64,000 bases of DNA, taken from NCBI GenBank assembly GCA_964187785.1, contig OZ076409.1, positions 11,844,001-11,908,000 of the forward strand. Reading direction: 5' to 3'. This DNA comes from Amphiscolops sp. MND2022. Taxonomy: Eukaryota. The notes under the pieces are model-generated. The model had not been told where the DNA came from and made no database searches. It worked only from the letters and a program-made list of their open reading frames with translations. A program made the translations under genes and the position numbers. Below are positions 36,141-51,560 of the stretch, in pieces. Position 1 is the first letter of the stretch, and each line of letters opens with the position of its first letter.

Positions 36141-39100
36141 AGTCTTTTTTGAAGATATATTTTTTGAAATCAAAAACACTCCAGAATGACTCCAAAATAT
36201 GTATTTTTTAAATCGTTTTGGAGTCAAAATGTTAACAAACGTTCAACAATGATTGAACTCATAATCCAGGAAGCTCTTGAGGAAGAATTTGCAGACTTCA
36301 TGAAAATGATCAGAATTGACCGCAAAAAGTTGAAATTTTGTCGATTTCTGACATTTTCAGTGAATTTTCATTTGAGACTGAAAAATTTTGACATTGGAAA
36401 AATATAAAGGTAAAAGCTTGCTAAAGTTTAATGTGATAAAATTAGGTCGGCAGCACGTTTTTGGAAGAGAAACTTGCATATTTTATGGCGGAAAGTTTCC
36501 TCAGAATGACCCAAATAATGTAAAAACTGAGAATTTTCATTTTTTAAAATATTTCATCCATTTTTTGTACAACTTTTAGGCTACTTCCTTGCATAAAGAG
36601 GTTTTAAAAACTCAGTAATGACTTATCCCGGTATCCAGTAGGCATTTTTGAAGATATAACTGAAATTTTTCTGGAATTGATCCCAAAAACACTCCAAAAT
36701 CCAACAAACGACAAAAAAACCACGTTTTTTGACAAATCAATCCAGATTTTAGTTCAAACCACCAAGGGTTTGTGGAATAGAAATTCCATTTACCTGAACG
36801 TTGAAACAATAAAGTATTCAAAACGCAACTTGGGAAAGAAAGTACGATGAAGATCTTCGAGTTTACAACAAAGGTGTCAGAATTTCCGAATTTTCTAAAT
36901 TTTCGACAACCAAGTAACAATTTTGGAACCTTAACGAAAATTTTCTTCAATCAGAAAGAAAACCCTTAGGCTCAGGATTGGAATGTGTAGCTGCCGGTAG
37001 TGTTTCGGAAAGATATCAGACTAAGTTTTGTGCAAAATTTAGAAAAAAAAATATTTGAAAGCGTAAATGTCTTTTTCGACCTTATTTGTGAAGTATTTAA
37101 TATTCAAAAAGCTCCAAGCAAAATCACTAGATATGGAGTAAACCTTCAAAGGGAAAATGTTTTTGCAGTTTCCCACGTAGGAAGAAAACCTGAGAATGGC
37201 CCATAAACAAAAATGAAAAGAGGCATTTTCCTCAATCATCAAAAAAACTCATCAGTTCCAAAGTATCAAAAGAAATAAGAGGTCAACCCCTAGACTCGGG
37301 AAACTTATTTTCTCTACAGAAAACCTCAAAAACTAAAATTTGTGAAAAATGTTTTTCGAAAATTGTCTTCCAAAAGGTTTTCTTCACGCGGTAAGTCGCA
37401 TAGTGCCGAAAATACAAAAAGTGGGCAGCTATTGCAGAAATATTAAATTAGGTTTTGCCTTTAAAAATGGACTAAGATGAATCAAAGCTTTGCTCTTCGA
37501 ACTTTTTTTCATAGTGCTTTGGCTATTTTGAGCCTCAAATTTATATAGTTGTAGAACAGTTTGGGGGAGGAAAATATCTCGCTGCTCAGCGGGCGTCTTG
37601 TTTAAAAAACTCACAAACATGAGAGTGGTGCCGAAGGGAGCCTTTCGTGCTCTGAAAACGCTTTGATCTTGTATATCAGAGTGATATAAAAAGCCCAAAC
37701 CAATGAAATTTGTCGATAACAGTCGTACAGTGCCGAAAAACCCAAAGAGGTTAGGACCCTTTAACTCGTCAAGATTTGCGAAGAAAGATTTTCTAAGTTA
37801 GGCATAGAAATGACGACAGTCTGTTTGGGAAGGCCACTGGCGGGTGAACAAACTCTTCAACAGTGGACGCTGTGCATACATTCTGGTGTGACGATAAAAA
37901 AACTTCACTGTAATGAGAACATATTCTCTCAAAATGCCGACTAAAAGAAGCAAAATTGGGGAAAACGTTTGAAACTTTTTGGGAAAAGTCGCACAGTGTC
38001 GAAAATTCTGGAGGATTACCCTTTACGCTCTTGAGACGGATTACCCTAACTAGAAACATGACAAAAATGTAAAAGGGCTCTTCAGCGAGAAACTTAAGTT
38101 TTGGGGAGAAAAGTTGTTGCCAAAAAAGCCCTAAGGTGGACCATTTGGTCCCAAATAGTTTCAAGGATAAGGTAGATACGAAAAACTTCAAGGGTGAGTA
38201 TCCTTTAGTCATCTTGGGCTCCTTGGGTACCCTTTTGAGCTTAGGCGTAAAGTAAGTAGAAAATGGACTATACAGTGTGCTGTCTGTGCTCTGACGAAAA
38301 AAAACTGCCTCTGTAAGTTTCGGGCACTTTTGTTGAAAACGCTTTTGGAAAAAAACATCTGAAAAGAGAGACAGCGAGCAGTCACAGCATGTCACCGAAA
38401 CCACAGCTTCAAACCAATCATTACTCGATAACAAGTATGTTACCATGGCTTGCTATGGGGAAATTATTATCCGAAAAGTTCTACAACTAATAACAGAACT
38501 GCCTTCACCTTCAACAATTCGGCCTTCACCTCGTGGAAAAAAGGAAAGTGCACTTCCTGATTTCTTCTCAAAAGTTTTCAAAAATTGCATTAAAAAGTCA
38601 AAAAGTTGGCATATGAGTGTATAGAAAGTGTTCAGAAAGAGCACTCAACTTTTCAGCACACTCTTGTATTTTAGGCAATTGTTTTTCCGCAAAATGTTAG
38701 AATCAATGAAGCACCTGACTTTGCCCCGTGACACTCCTTTTATGTACACAACTTACAAACTCAGCTCGAGACATCATTATCGCAAGTCGCAGTTGAAGTT
38801 TTTGAAACTGAAGAGCAGCCTGCAAACGGTCCATTTAGGCGTCCCGCTTTAACTTCAGAAAGTTGAAAATGTTACAAGCCTAAAAGATGGGGTCCTGCGT
38901 TTTTTGAGCCTGAAAAGCCATGAAAAATTCTGAATATCTCAAAGTGTCGAAAAATCCAAAAATAAGAACACTTTGGGCCACAGAGAGATATTTCCTAACT
39001 CAAAACGTCAAAAACTCGATGGGGGACCTTTTGTTTTTTTTTTAAAGTTTCCGTTCAATATGTAAAAAAGTGGACAAGTCAAAAGGAAGATGCTTTGGTA

Positions 39101-41608
39101 TTTGTTAATATTCTTGAAATTTTAAATTTGTAAAAAACGGACATTACAGTGTGGAAAAAGTTGCTTTACGGGGAAAAACATGCCACTTTCTATAACAAAG
39201 AAGCGCCCACTAAAACAAGTCGGGAACGAACCAAGTCGGCGCTAGACACTCTAAATGTGAAACGCCTATTAAATTGGCTCCAACCTAAAAAAAACTTTTT
39301 CCCCAAAATAGTTCTGCAGAATCTCGGTTCCAAAAAACAGATGCTGCACCTTTCAGGCTGCTGAAAGTTTAATTCAAAATGAAAACAAAAAAAATCAAAG
39401 CACTTTTCTGATACGGTCTAGTTTTGTGAGCGACATCAAAGCATTTTAATTTGGGGCTTGCCTTGCGACGATATAAACACGTTATAAACAAAATTAAACA
39501 ACTTGAACAAAAAAGTGGAAACTACTGTGAGACTGGGGAAAAACTAATAACTGTAATAGTCAGTTTTTTCTTCAAAAAACGCTGACTGCAAAAGATTTCA
39601 AACTTATTTCAAGTAGGAATAAGTAACTTTTCTTGCAAAATGGCTTTACAATAAATCCCTGACTTTGTAAAAGTTTGATGAATTTGGAGAGCAGTACTGT
39701 AGTTGAGAAATCCTCCTTTCCTGTCACAGAAAGCTTTCGAAAATTGAAATACATGAAGTAGTAAGGACATGGTTATTCAGACTGTAAGATTTTCAGTCAA
39801 TCATTGAGAAAAAAGTTTTTTTTAAAAAATGAATGACGTCGAACATCATAACTTCTGAAAATGCTCCTGAACTACTTCTTGAATATGGGAAATTTACACC
39901 AAGTTTCCATCTCCTCGAACTTTTGCAATTCAGAAACAGCAATTCTACCATGCTTAATGTTATTAAAGGTCACACTTTTTTGTTTGCACCGTAAAGTCCA
40001 CAACATTGACTATGGCTGGATCAGAAATGACTAACACACCGTGCAGAGATGTCAGAGAAGCTCTATATTACAATTCCTCGCAGAAATTCAAAGCACTAGA
40101 AAAACTCAGTGGAAGAAAATGAGTCCGAATGTTAATCGAATTTTAGACTTGCTGCACAAATTTTTTAATGTTTTAGCTGAGCAAATAAGTGCACTGATAA
40201 TTTTTGTTTTAATATTAAAGCCTTGTTCTGCTTTTTCTAAATCACATAGCTATCGAAAATGGCATCTCAGATGCGTTTATTATTATTCAGGAAGTTTCGA
40301 ATTTTCGTCGTCCAAAACTCTCTTTTGAAACTTCTGTTGATTATAATGATGGTTCTCTTTCTTCTGTCTTACTTCGGGCATCATGAGAAACTCCGAACTG
40401 TCACTCAAGAAGCCGAGAGTGCATCAGAAGACGACAGAGCAGGCATTGTCAAATATTCATTTCTAACCAATTGTCGGACCATGTTTCTTATCACAAAAAC
40501 GCGAAAACAACTTCTATACTTGAAAAAACTTCTTGGCCGAATGAGAAAAAATGATATGACTATTATTACGTGGAGGACTGTCTCTAGAGTTGTTTTGCAC
40601 TTGCAGTAAAAAATTATCCAGTCTTTTTAATATTCTGACAAAAGAAAGCAAAAACTTAAACCCCTGGAACAAACTAGAATTGTATAGGAAAGTAAATTTT
40701 CTTCGACATAAATTGAAATGAGCAGCTTTTAACTTTGAATTAATGTAAACAAGCCGAGAACGGCCCAAGTCATATCTAAGGTTCAATAATATTCAAGGAA
40801 AAACTCAGCCTATTGTGAAATTTTTCATTTACCACACAGTGCCGAAAAATCCTGAAAGGGTTTTCCTCGAAACTCGAAAACAGTTTTTTTTCTGCACTGG
40901 AAACATCAGAAAAAACTAATTTGCCTTTAAGAAAAATTAAAATTTTTCAAAAAAGTATTTCAAATTTCAAGTTGGTAAAAAAAGTCGCATAATGCCGAAA
41001 AACCCAAAAAGAGACCCTTTAGGCTCATTAAACGTTTTTTACAAACCGACAACTTCAAACCGACATATCAAAATTGACATATATATCAAAAATGATGATA
41101 ACCAAAACATCCAAAACGGTCGAGGAATGAACATAATTGCTTTTCTAGTCCTCACCTTCATTTTTTAAAAAGTCTATGAAATGTATTACATTTCGTCTAG
41201 GTACACAAATTGTCCGTGCTTTCTATAACAGATTTAGGCAATTTTTGATAGTTTTTTGACTGCCCAATGTTCTAACCTGGGAAAACAATTTTCTCGGGAG
41301 AACCTTTATCACAATCTTGTCATAATTTCGGCGGGACTACGGTGATCAATGATTCCATAATTTTCCATGTTTTTTGGTTAGGAGAGGTATCACCCTTCTT
41401 GGTAACAGCTGATGATCATTTATTTAAATGCAAAAAAACACTGTATTATACCTTTTAAAAGTTCACAAAATAAAAACGGAGTATTGTAACTTTATAAAAG
41501 GAACAGTGTAATTAAAATTGATATTGAAAATTAAAATTAAAATGCTATTGAAAGTTACATTTTCACAAATTAGGACCCCGAAATTGAAAACTTAAAATTG
41601 GAAACTAG

Positions 41609-41913
41609 AACCTGATAATTCCTGCGAAACAGTGACTTTGGCAAGCGAAGAAGAAATGACAAAAAAGCGAGTGAAAGGAGTTGAAGGGGCGGTTAAGATA
41701 GTGTTGCAAGGATACGTGAACAAATTCTCGGAAATCATTTTGCCGTACGTGTTGGATGAACAGTTTAGCACGACATTCTTTATCTTCGACATGGCCAACT
41801 ACCACGAGATGAAATACTACTTCGGCGAATCTCTCACCCAGGCCAATGCCATGCAAGTCATAGAGGACGCGACCGAATGCAACTTCAATGACCAGACCAT
41901 TGCATATCTGCAT
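41609..41913 (+). CDS. Candidate host exon, product unknown
   Basis: Open, higher-GC ~100-codon island ending at a CAT|GTAAGT donor. The acceptor position is uncertain. Confidence 0.45.
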
Positions 41914-44197
41914 GTAAGTACTGGAACGTTTGATTAATCGCGATTGACACTCGCGATTTTTTGAATGTGCACAGATTGCATAAAATCTAAAAAACTTGAT
42001 GGAAAAATTGCATTTTGGGGCGTTTTTAACAACTCTTTATGAACATATAAACATAAAACATGTTACCAGTTTAAAAATAATGACCAGATTTGACCGATTA
42101 TTTTAGCATTTGTTTTCTGAATACTTCGACTTGATGTTCTGAAAAAGCATCTCTCGTAGCTTCGTTCACAATTCTGGGAGTATACTGAGCTCTAATTTCT
42201 ATACCTGGTAAAGTTACGTTGATTTGTGACTAGTCAGTGCTTTGCGGCTTATTCGGACTACGGGGTTTCCGTGTAGCCCAATGGACCGAATGTTTAACCA
42301 GTTTTCAAGGTCGCCTAGACTATTTCGATGTTGGGGAAGGACTTTTTCAGTTTTAGTTGAGTCTATAGCTTGTAGAATCTATGAATTTCTGGACATCCTC
42401 TCCAATCGTGTTTGTTTTTTCATGAAGTCCTCCATACGTTTCCATTTCTCTCAGAATTGAATTATTCTCATGATCAATTCCCGGAGCATTTCTTAGCATT
42501 ACATTCATATCCTCTAAGTTGAACATTTGGTCCGATTAGCGAAAAAGCTTTTCTGTTTGCTAGAAGAAGGCATTTAAAGAAATTGTCAAGTTTCAATACT
42601 TAATTTCAATCAAAGTGAAAGCAATCGAGAAATGTAAGACGCAAACAACAACCAAATGTACGGTGATGTGAAGTATCAAAAGTAGCAAAATCATCTTTTT
42701 TCAATGGCAGGATGGGTATATAAATCATAAAGGCCGTGACACCCAGAAAAGTGGATGGGAAGTTACTAAATTGGGAAGTTGAAAAGCCGAGAGCAACAAG
42801 ATAGATATACAACCATACAATTATTATTCAATCAAGTATCATGCTCCTGCATCTGTAAGACGGACAGATACAGTATCAACTTGACCCAACTAAAACGCGA
42901 ATGAGTCATCTCGCACAAACTTCGGCGGTCATAGATGATAAGACAAGACATGATTCGAATTCAATTCGATATTCGAGTCATTGGAGTCAAGTCCCTCACA
43001 TCGCGGGAGCCTCTAGACCACACGGATGTACTACACAAGCTTCAACTTGCTTTCATGCTTTACAAGTATTTAGAAGCAAGTGTAGTAACATGAATTTGTT
43101 TCTTTTTCTCACTTCAGTTGCATTAATTGCCCCTGAAAGCATTTCAATTTCCAAATTATCAATTTCAATTGAGTCTAATAGACGCAGCACCTGTCTAGAT
43201 GAATATATACAACACTTGTATAAAAGTAATTGATTTGATTAGGTAACTGCAAAACAATTATGACGATAAAGCGACTGATACTTGTCAGTTTCATGGATTA
43301 TGTCAGTAGTCGTGCGGACTCAAGTTCTTAGTGTTTAGATGGGGAGAAGTCGGGAAGGGGTGGTACTGAATCATCTCCTTCATGGGAGATCTGGTAGTAG
43401 TTGCCATCACAGGCGGCAGCCTGCCACAGTATGGTTTTCAATTCACGTTCACAAAACGCCACAATCGAAAAATCACGAGTATAATCACGAGCTTGAGTTA
43501 GATAACCCTGAAATACAGTACAATGTTTATGAATTGCGCAACTGTAGCTTCAAAAACAATTCCTATATTTAGTCATTATCGGCAACATCAAGAATTATCA
43601 GTTTGAAACTTTAATTTACGCAATGTTCACTATTGGAAAAGAAAATTAACTGCTGCGTTTTTCTCCAATATTCACAATGTTCCAAGGTGCAATGTTCAAG
43701 ACCAAAACGAAACCAAAACAGTCAAAATGTCCAAAATGTTTCAGTTTTTACATATTTACATCTTTGGTTTTTGAATTTTTTTCGTTGGTTAGAATATCCA
43801 GATATGATTGATATATGGCTAATAAAAGATTGATCAATCATTTTAAAATTCCACAACAAAAATAAGTTGTCACCATATTTATAGGGTCAGTTGACACCGT
43901 AATGGTATAAGTCGGCGGCCCGCTCAAGGTTCAAATGCGCAATGTACTTAAAGCTTTAAGGAACTGTGTTCGAGCAATTCTGAATCTCTTAGAGTAGAAG
44001 AAATCGTTGTTGCTGAAAGTGTTTTTTCACCGCTGAAGCAGTCAGAAACACACTTTGTTGAAATTAAATACTTTTTATTTTCCGCCGTCAATAATTTTTT
44101 GTGTAAAGGGAGTAAGATCACCATCTGTGTAGCGTTTTTTTTTCAAGTTCTGTCAAATCTCCACTTTATTATTCCATTTAATTATGTGGATCTTTCA

Positions 44198-44270
44198 GTC
44201 AACGTGATCCAGTTGATAGTTCGAGTGCTCGGCTGACCGGAGGTCGTGGGTTCAAACCCGGGCTTGAGCC
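44198..44270 (+). repeat. tRNA-derived SINE-like head
   Basis: A-box-like TGATCCAGTTGA and B box GGTTCAAACCC at tRNA spacing, with no complete cloverleaf. Confidence 0.45.
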
Positions 44271-45502
44271 TGGAATTTTTCGACTTTTCAAGGAAGTAGG
44301 TTTTCGGTATCTCACCTTCGCCATACGGTTTTTGCATTTTTAATACGTATGGATGGGTTTCGAACCTCGCCTTCTCCACACATTTTTGTGTGGTGGAAAA
44401 TATCATGATGTTTAGCAGGCGTCTTGTTCGAAACAAAACGTCGCACACTGCTGAAAACACGAATGACCACCGAATTCTCGCTACAAAATTTCAAAACCAA
44501 TTGGGAAGTCATCTGTTAAATTGAAATTGTGTACGGTAAAAATGAAAGGAATGATCGGTTGAATGATTTTGGAACGTTGCCAGTCTCCACGGTTATGGTC
44601 TTTTCGACAGAATCGTAAAACAAAACACGGCAAAAAGTCTCTATAATTAGATATAATAATAATATTTAGATCTGGGATAATCTATAAGCGATTTTTTCTG
44701 AGATTAGCAAAAATTGGAACATCATACAACAACGTTCTGATTTCTTTCTTCTTTGACGCGAAATTACATATTATAGTTATCTGCAATAATTGTCGAGAGG
44801 AATGAAGAAAGAAGAGGCTCAGGATTTCACCTCATAACAATTTTACAATTTGAAAGGGGGCATTCAAGTGTTTTAAAAACTCTCATTTTCTGAAAAAATT
44901 GGCGAATACCCGATATCGAGATTTTTCGGAAGAATTCACGTTCCATAGAACATCTCACAGTGCAGAAACTGCTCAAAAGTGTGAGCCTTCAGGCTCAAAA
45001 AACGCGTTTTTGACCAATCCATAAAAAACAAGCCGAGAACTTCTGGCAAAGAGAAACATTTCGTATAAAACCGCTCAGCCGAAAAACGTCATTCCACAAT
45101 TTTTGAGAAAACATTCATCAGTAAGACAGATGTTACCTTTTATCAAAGACATCACCATTAAGACCCGAAAAGCCGTTTTCCTTATCAGAAAACCTCAAAT
45201 AAACAAAAACTTTTTCCTCTACTTTTTCAGCCATGAAACAATTCTAGTTTGGTGCGGGACTCGAACCCACCTATTCGGGTTTCTCAGACCTCGTCACCAG
45301 GGTTGGAAATTTACGTTAGCTAATCAATTGGACATCAGAAATCAGCTTTAATATTATCTATTGAAATGTTCTGTGAAAACAAATCTGGATCGCTGTTTGG
45401 ATAAATCATTACACTTGCGATAAGCAAGTGTTATTTGAAAGTGCGGGTGTTTTTTTCCGCGCGACAACTCTCTCGTTTCAGCCTGCAAGTCGCATAGTTC
45501 AG

Positions 45503-45575
45503 GCGTTCGTGGTCTAGTGGTAAGATGCTTGCTTTTCAACCCTGAGGGTTCGTGTTCGAACCCGTGAGTGTGTGC
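45503..45575 (+). repeat. tRNA-derived SINE-like head
   Basis: TGGTCTAGTGGTAAGA (A box) and GTTCGAACCC (B box); stems are imperfect. Confidence 0.6.
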
Positions 45576-48500
45576 TAGTTTTTTTACAAGTATTTCGAAG
45601 CAGAATGTTCTCACTTTTTCGGCACTATGAGACTCCTCCCTTTTTTCGGCACTGTGAGACTTTTTTTCGAAATTTTTTTAATGTCCTCAAAGGGTCCTAC
45701 CTTCAATTTGTTTTCATATTTTGCAACAGAACGAATGTTAAAAAATCACAAAGGATCCCTTCTTTCAGGTTTTTCGGCACTATGAGACTGTTAAAAATTC
45801 TCATCTTTTTGGTTTTTTTTTCGAAAATTTTTCAAAGACTCCAAAGACTTCCCGTTCACCTCTTTTTTTAAAATTTTGCAACAGAATGGTTGTTAAAAAA
45901 TCACAAAAGGGTTGTTACAAAATCCCCCTTTCACAGTTTTCGGCATTTTGAGAAATTTCAAAATGAATAATTTTTGTCTAAAATTAGGTTTTCTGAGGCC
46001 CAGCACGCTATATCCGAATTTTGTTTTATTTAAAGACCGGCGTTTTTTCTATGCTACTTTCTTCTAATTTGCTTTCATCGAAGCCCCCCTCAATTTTTAC
46101 TTAAAACGAAACGTTTTGCGAACATAAAGGACTGCTCAAGGTTTTCGGCACTATGCGACTTACCGGAGACCTTCTTCAGAAAATTTTCCGAAAAAAATTC
46201 GAATTTTTTTCCTTATTGTTCTGGTTTTTTCAATGTTTCCGGTTAGGAGAGATGGTTTTTTTGCTGTTTCGAGTTGGGGAAGAATGGTTTTGGAGATTTA
46301 TGCGTATCCCTTCGGGTATTTTTTGGCGCTGTAAAATTGATGAAAATTTAACAATGTCATTTTACACTTGGTTCTCCGTATGATTTAGCTCATTTGGTTT
46401 TCTTCAAAAGTTCGCAACCTTCTGCGCAAGTCTGGCAGCTTAGCCTCTGTATCTGAAATTAATTCTAGAAACGTGTTGATAGTGTCTACAGAAACTGTAA
46501 ATACAAGAAGGTCAATAAAAAACGAAAACTCTGTGAAAGAATACAATTTAGATATCAAATTTGAAAGTTTGTGGACATACCTCAGTTTTTTTCATTGAAG
46601 AACAAAAAGAACTAATCTCAGAAATGTGAGAATAAAACGTTAGATTGTTTTTTAAATCAATTATTCAAAAATTGTTGGAAAAGTTCAAATGACATCTATG
46701 CGAATTGAGAAAAAATGTGAAAACTACGATGTGAAAACTGCCAGAGGTATAGTTCGAGCTCAAAATGGGCTTTCTAATGTTCTAAATGGGCTTTCTAATA
46801 AAACGTGGAAAATGTCAAGGAGAAACAAAGGAAGGCGGACTTTGAAGTGAGTGGAAACAGATCAAGATTAGCAGTTTTAGTTCAATCTTCTGATAACTGT
46901 TGTTGCTCAAAATTGAGATACAAGAAATTGAGTAGGACAAACCAAGTAAAAGAATGTTACAGGAAAAGAACTACCTTGATGTAAGAAAATCCAATTCGGG
47001 GCTTGGAGTGAGTTAGGTTCAAAATTAAAAAACAATAAAATAGGCAATTTAAACATCATATGAAGAGAAGAGCACTAAAGTCTCAAATAAAAAGTACTCT
47101 TAATATTTGTGGTAGATAATGTTAAAAAAGTCAAAAAATGTGAAAATCCTGGATAACAATACTTGTGAAATACCACTATCTAATACTACATTTCGTTTCC
47201 TCCGTCACTTAGTCAGCCTATAAAACTCCCCATATAAACCATGAGCGCCCCGCTCTGTCGCATTGAGATTACTCGCTGTTCTTCGATAATCCCGCAGGAG
47301 CGCCCGCAGCCTTCTGCACTCCTCCGTTCCCGTGCGTATCACTACTGCAAGCCGCCTACGGGCTGCGGTGGATACTTCGACTGTCAAGGGTGCCCGTTCG
47401 AAGAGGCAGAAGATTCTTGCTATGCGGACGTACTAATTCCAGTTCGGGAAGTACCAATTGCTAATATACAGTCCCTTAAAAGCCATGAGTGCAAAACGGC
47501 GCGGTGAATAATCAGTCTATAATAATACTCAAGAAACTCGAAACCTACTTGCTATCCGTGCCATTAAAAATGCCTATATTCGAACTTTTTGTACTCATGA
47601 GGTTTCATTTGACGGGCTGCTTCGAGATATGTATAGAGAGCAAACAGTTGTTTCCTGTAGTCCTATTACTTTCAGCAACATTCGGGTACGGGTTTTTAAT
47701 GGTTCTCTACTTGCTTGCCTAGGTATTCGCTCACAGAAGTGCGTCAAAGAGTCAACAATTATATGAGGTGAATTTTCGCCGTTGAAAGTTTTGTTTGCTC
47801 GGCAACTTTACTCTTTCAGCACAGTCAGTTTTCGCCAACTTGACATTTCGGAGCTACTAAACTGTACTCTTACATCTTCTCAATTTCGTGATCCGTGAAA
47901 GCAATGATGCATGAGAATATCGCAATACGATTGCAATGGGCTTCCCTCTATTATCGGAAGGTTTTCTCTACGCAGAACATGAGTGTAGACGGGGGACGTG
48001 ACATCAAAATATTATTGGAGGGTGGTGAACAGCTGATGATAGATTATATGTCTCCTGGCTGGGTCGAATTTACCCTATTTCTGCAGAGTCTCCCTTTTCC
48101 AGGGAAAAGGGTCGAGGGTCAGACGTTTCGGCTCCAATTGGCACGACGCACGCTTCTAAGAGCCTTCAAAAAGACGTGGCCTCCGGACGTTTTCTCGTAA
48201 AAATTTAACGAACTCCATCACTTTCATCCTATTTTCATCTTTTATTGCTTCATCCCAACTAGAAATATTTTATTGTTTCTTTCTTTTCGGCAATGCGCAG
48301 TGGAATAGTTCGACCGAGTCTACTTTAAATGTTCGAGAAAATGTTTAGATTGCTTAGGGCGGTCTATCCGTGGTGTGATAAACAATAAGGAGAGTAGCAC
48401 TAGGGTAGGAGTTATGAGACAGGGGGAGTGGTGGGTATGCTCATGGGCACAACAATAGAAAAAGGGTTAGGGTCGGCGGTTTGGGATAAATGAAATATAG

Positions 48501-48799
48501 AAGCATATTTTAAACATGTATGAAAACATATATATAATGGGTTGTGTCAACGGAAAGATTAATAGGCAAAGACCACTCACGAAAATCTGCATGTATTTTC
48601 AGCCTATTTCTGTGCAGCAAACAAAAAAACTTTATCTTCAGTACAGTAACATCGTTTCTCCAAAACAAACATGCAATGCCATGCGAAAATTCGGCTAGCT
48701 TGGTCACTTAGATCCACGAAAATCTAATCCTACAAGAAAATATAAAAATTGAGGTTTGTAATTGATGACTAATCTTTTGTCACCAGTATTCATTTGACA

Positions 48800-51560
48800 T
48801 CCCACAGTCCTTACAGAGGCATCTTGTGAACACGTTGTCGTCACCCGATAGGTCATCTTTTCATCGAGAACTGCGCTGCATGTTCTTCCGCTTCCCACCT
48901 GCCCTGCTTCCTGTGACTGACCCAGCTGCAAGGATCGGCGCTTGACTCAGCCACACTTTGCTTTTGTTCCACACCAGCATCGCAGACACGTCTTGAAACA
49001 GGCTTCTGTGGGTTGCACGCAGCTGGCGGGTGGTAGAATCACTTCCCTTCTGGAGTTAACATCGCCTTGCGCGTCACTTGGCCTGTGTCGCCACCGTCAA
49101 GTTTCATTTTTACTCTGTCGTAGACTTCCCTCGCAGTCCTGTGCTCATCGCTCATCTCAACATGGGGCTCTTTGAGGGACGCCAATTGTCACCAGTTGAG
49201 TTCCACGCCTTAACGTGACACTTTTCCGCTGGGTCGGTTCGTGATTCAAAACTTGTTTCTCGGAGCTCACCCACTGATGACATCTTTGTCTCATGGTATG
49301 GATGCTTCAGGCAAATCCTCGAGAGCTTTATAAACAACGCTCGTGAGGGCGTACTGAGAAGCTGCCCTTCTAAAATTTGTCCACGTTGAGTGTCTCGAGA
49401 GAGTTCATCCAGCTTCTCATTCACTTCTGAGTGGCTGTTCTCCATGCCAACGATGAGAACACTGGTTTTCGCGATTAGACTATCATTGTTCGAGAGCATC
49501 AGCTCAACTCCAGGATTTCCTTTGAGTCGAATCTAACTTCGATCACTCTGTTCGAAGGTGTAGGTTGCCTAACCTTCTCTCCATTTCGTGACATTGCAGC
49601 AGCATCGGGAGGAAAGACAATGCATGTGCTGGACTCAGGCTTCCTCACACATCAGCGACAAAGCTTGTTCCCAATAAACGGACGGATGTCAAAGCGCATG
49701 ATACCATCCTTTGGAGCTTCCGGGTAAAGCGTTCAAAGGCTTCTGACGATCAGACAGTACGTTCGCTTGCCTCCACCAGGCAGCCATTAGCCACAGAAAT
49801 GAAGTCCAAACTTGGCTATTGAATTTCACACAGCTCGCTTCGGTCAGCTTGATACCGGCGTTGCGGTCTGGCACACGCTGATAAGCTGTCCTAACAACTT
49901 GCGTACTGTGTCCCGGACCCCATCGCGGTTCATCTCCAACAACAAAGGTCTGAACTCCGTGCGACGGCCTTTTTGCTTCCGTCTTTTGTGCACACATCTA
50001 ATCCTGATTGTCTTCCTTCATGCATTCTTGTTTCAAATCAGCTAGCTCTTTTGGGAATTTGAAAACACTCTCAACTTCTCGAAGGGGACATTTCCCACTC
50101 TCGACTTCCCACGTTTCAGCAGGTCTTCTTTGCGAGAGCTGCTCTCCTACTTCCAAAGAAAAAGAACGTCCTTCACTGGAAAGCGTGGTTCTCTCAGCAC
50201 TCAATCCTTCAAAATCTGCAGCTGTTGCTTCATTATTCAGTCGACCCATTGCTCTTTTGTTCAAGCCACGTTCTAGTCAATCGATGTGATTCGTCTGAAC
50301 GTTTGTCTCCACATCACACATTACCCGAGCACGTTAAACAATTGCTTCTTCACATCTCACAATCAATACTGGTTAGCCCTCAGCAGCTTCATTGTTCCAC
50401 ATCAATGTTTCTTGGATTGGCATCAATGTACAATTTGTTTCAGGTGGTGCGAAGCTCGCACCGTTTCCGCTGGCAAGTCTTGTTTTCTTGCCCTTGTCAA
50501 ATTGCCTAAGGGCTGCTTCCCTTGTCAGCAGCTGGTACGGACAATCATAGTCATCGTCATTTTCCAGCTCGCTCCAGAGCTCATCGTTCTCTTCATCTGA
50601 CCACTCTTCGATACTGGAATAGCAGGTTCATTCGCTTCGTCAAGGCTGCCTGTGCGCAGTACCTTCGTAGTCTCCAACGATATCATCACAATCGTCATCG
50701 CAGTCTTCACCTCCCCAGTATGACGCTTTCCACACTGATGTTGACCTCGCCACACGTCCAGCGTTTGTGTGCGCAATGCTTTCTGATTGCGTTTCTTCGT
50801 TCTTGCACTGGGCAGCATTGGAACTGTTCACGTGAGCAACGTTTCTCGTCTGCTTCTCTTTCGACAAGTTCCTAAGTTTTTGAAAACTACCAGTACTTTG
50901 GGCAACGCTAAGGTTTTTTTGTCGGTCGGTATCCTTTCTTCTTGAGCTTGTGGCTAAGCGTGACGACGTCAAACTTGATGCAGTTTGGCCCACAACACAT
51001 TACGCTGCTGTTCCAACCAATCTTGGCGTTCCAACTCTCGTACAATCAAGGTAAATTGCGCATGATCCTTCACAACATCTCGGAGGCATTCGTCGTTCAA
51101 ACCTGACAAGCAATTGGTGGACCAATGCTCATCACTTAATTTTTTCAGAGCAATCGTCCTGAATGCGCTCACCCTCCGTGCATAGTCTGATATAATTTCT
51201 CTTTTCCTCTGTCGAAGCTGCAGAATAAAACGTTTTTCAAAAAGTTCAATCTGAAAAACTCCAATCACTTCTAATGTTCTGCTCAGAATGTCAATTACAC
51301 AGTGGTCACCCGATTCTACTTCCACAAAGAGCTTGGCTTCCACATATGCTTTGAACACAGCTCCTCTGAGAAATTCCGATAGTTTCTAGCAACAAGTTTG
51401 GTAGTTCCATTTCAATTGCTCGGCCGTGCTCAAGAACTTCAGCAGCCACAATCTCCTACTGGGTGCAATACTGCTCGGGAAACGAACCACATCCACTGGG
51501 TCACTCTCAAGACGTTCTCGCTTCCCAGAAAACATCTCTCAGACTGATAATTCTGTAAGA
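48800..51560 (-). pseudogene. Heavily degraded LTR-retrotransposon-like remnant
   Basis: Gag-like RQRKREIISDYARRV...LSGLND (50969-51358) and an integrase zinc-finger-like stretch near 50290-50450, riddled with stops. Confidence 0.45.

Noticed and set aside
47241..47507. Cys-rich 88-aa ORF with upstream TATA-like sequences
   Set aside because: No recognisable domain or signal peptide and no second line of evidence.
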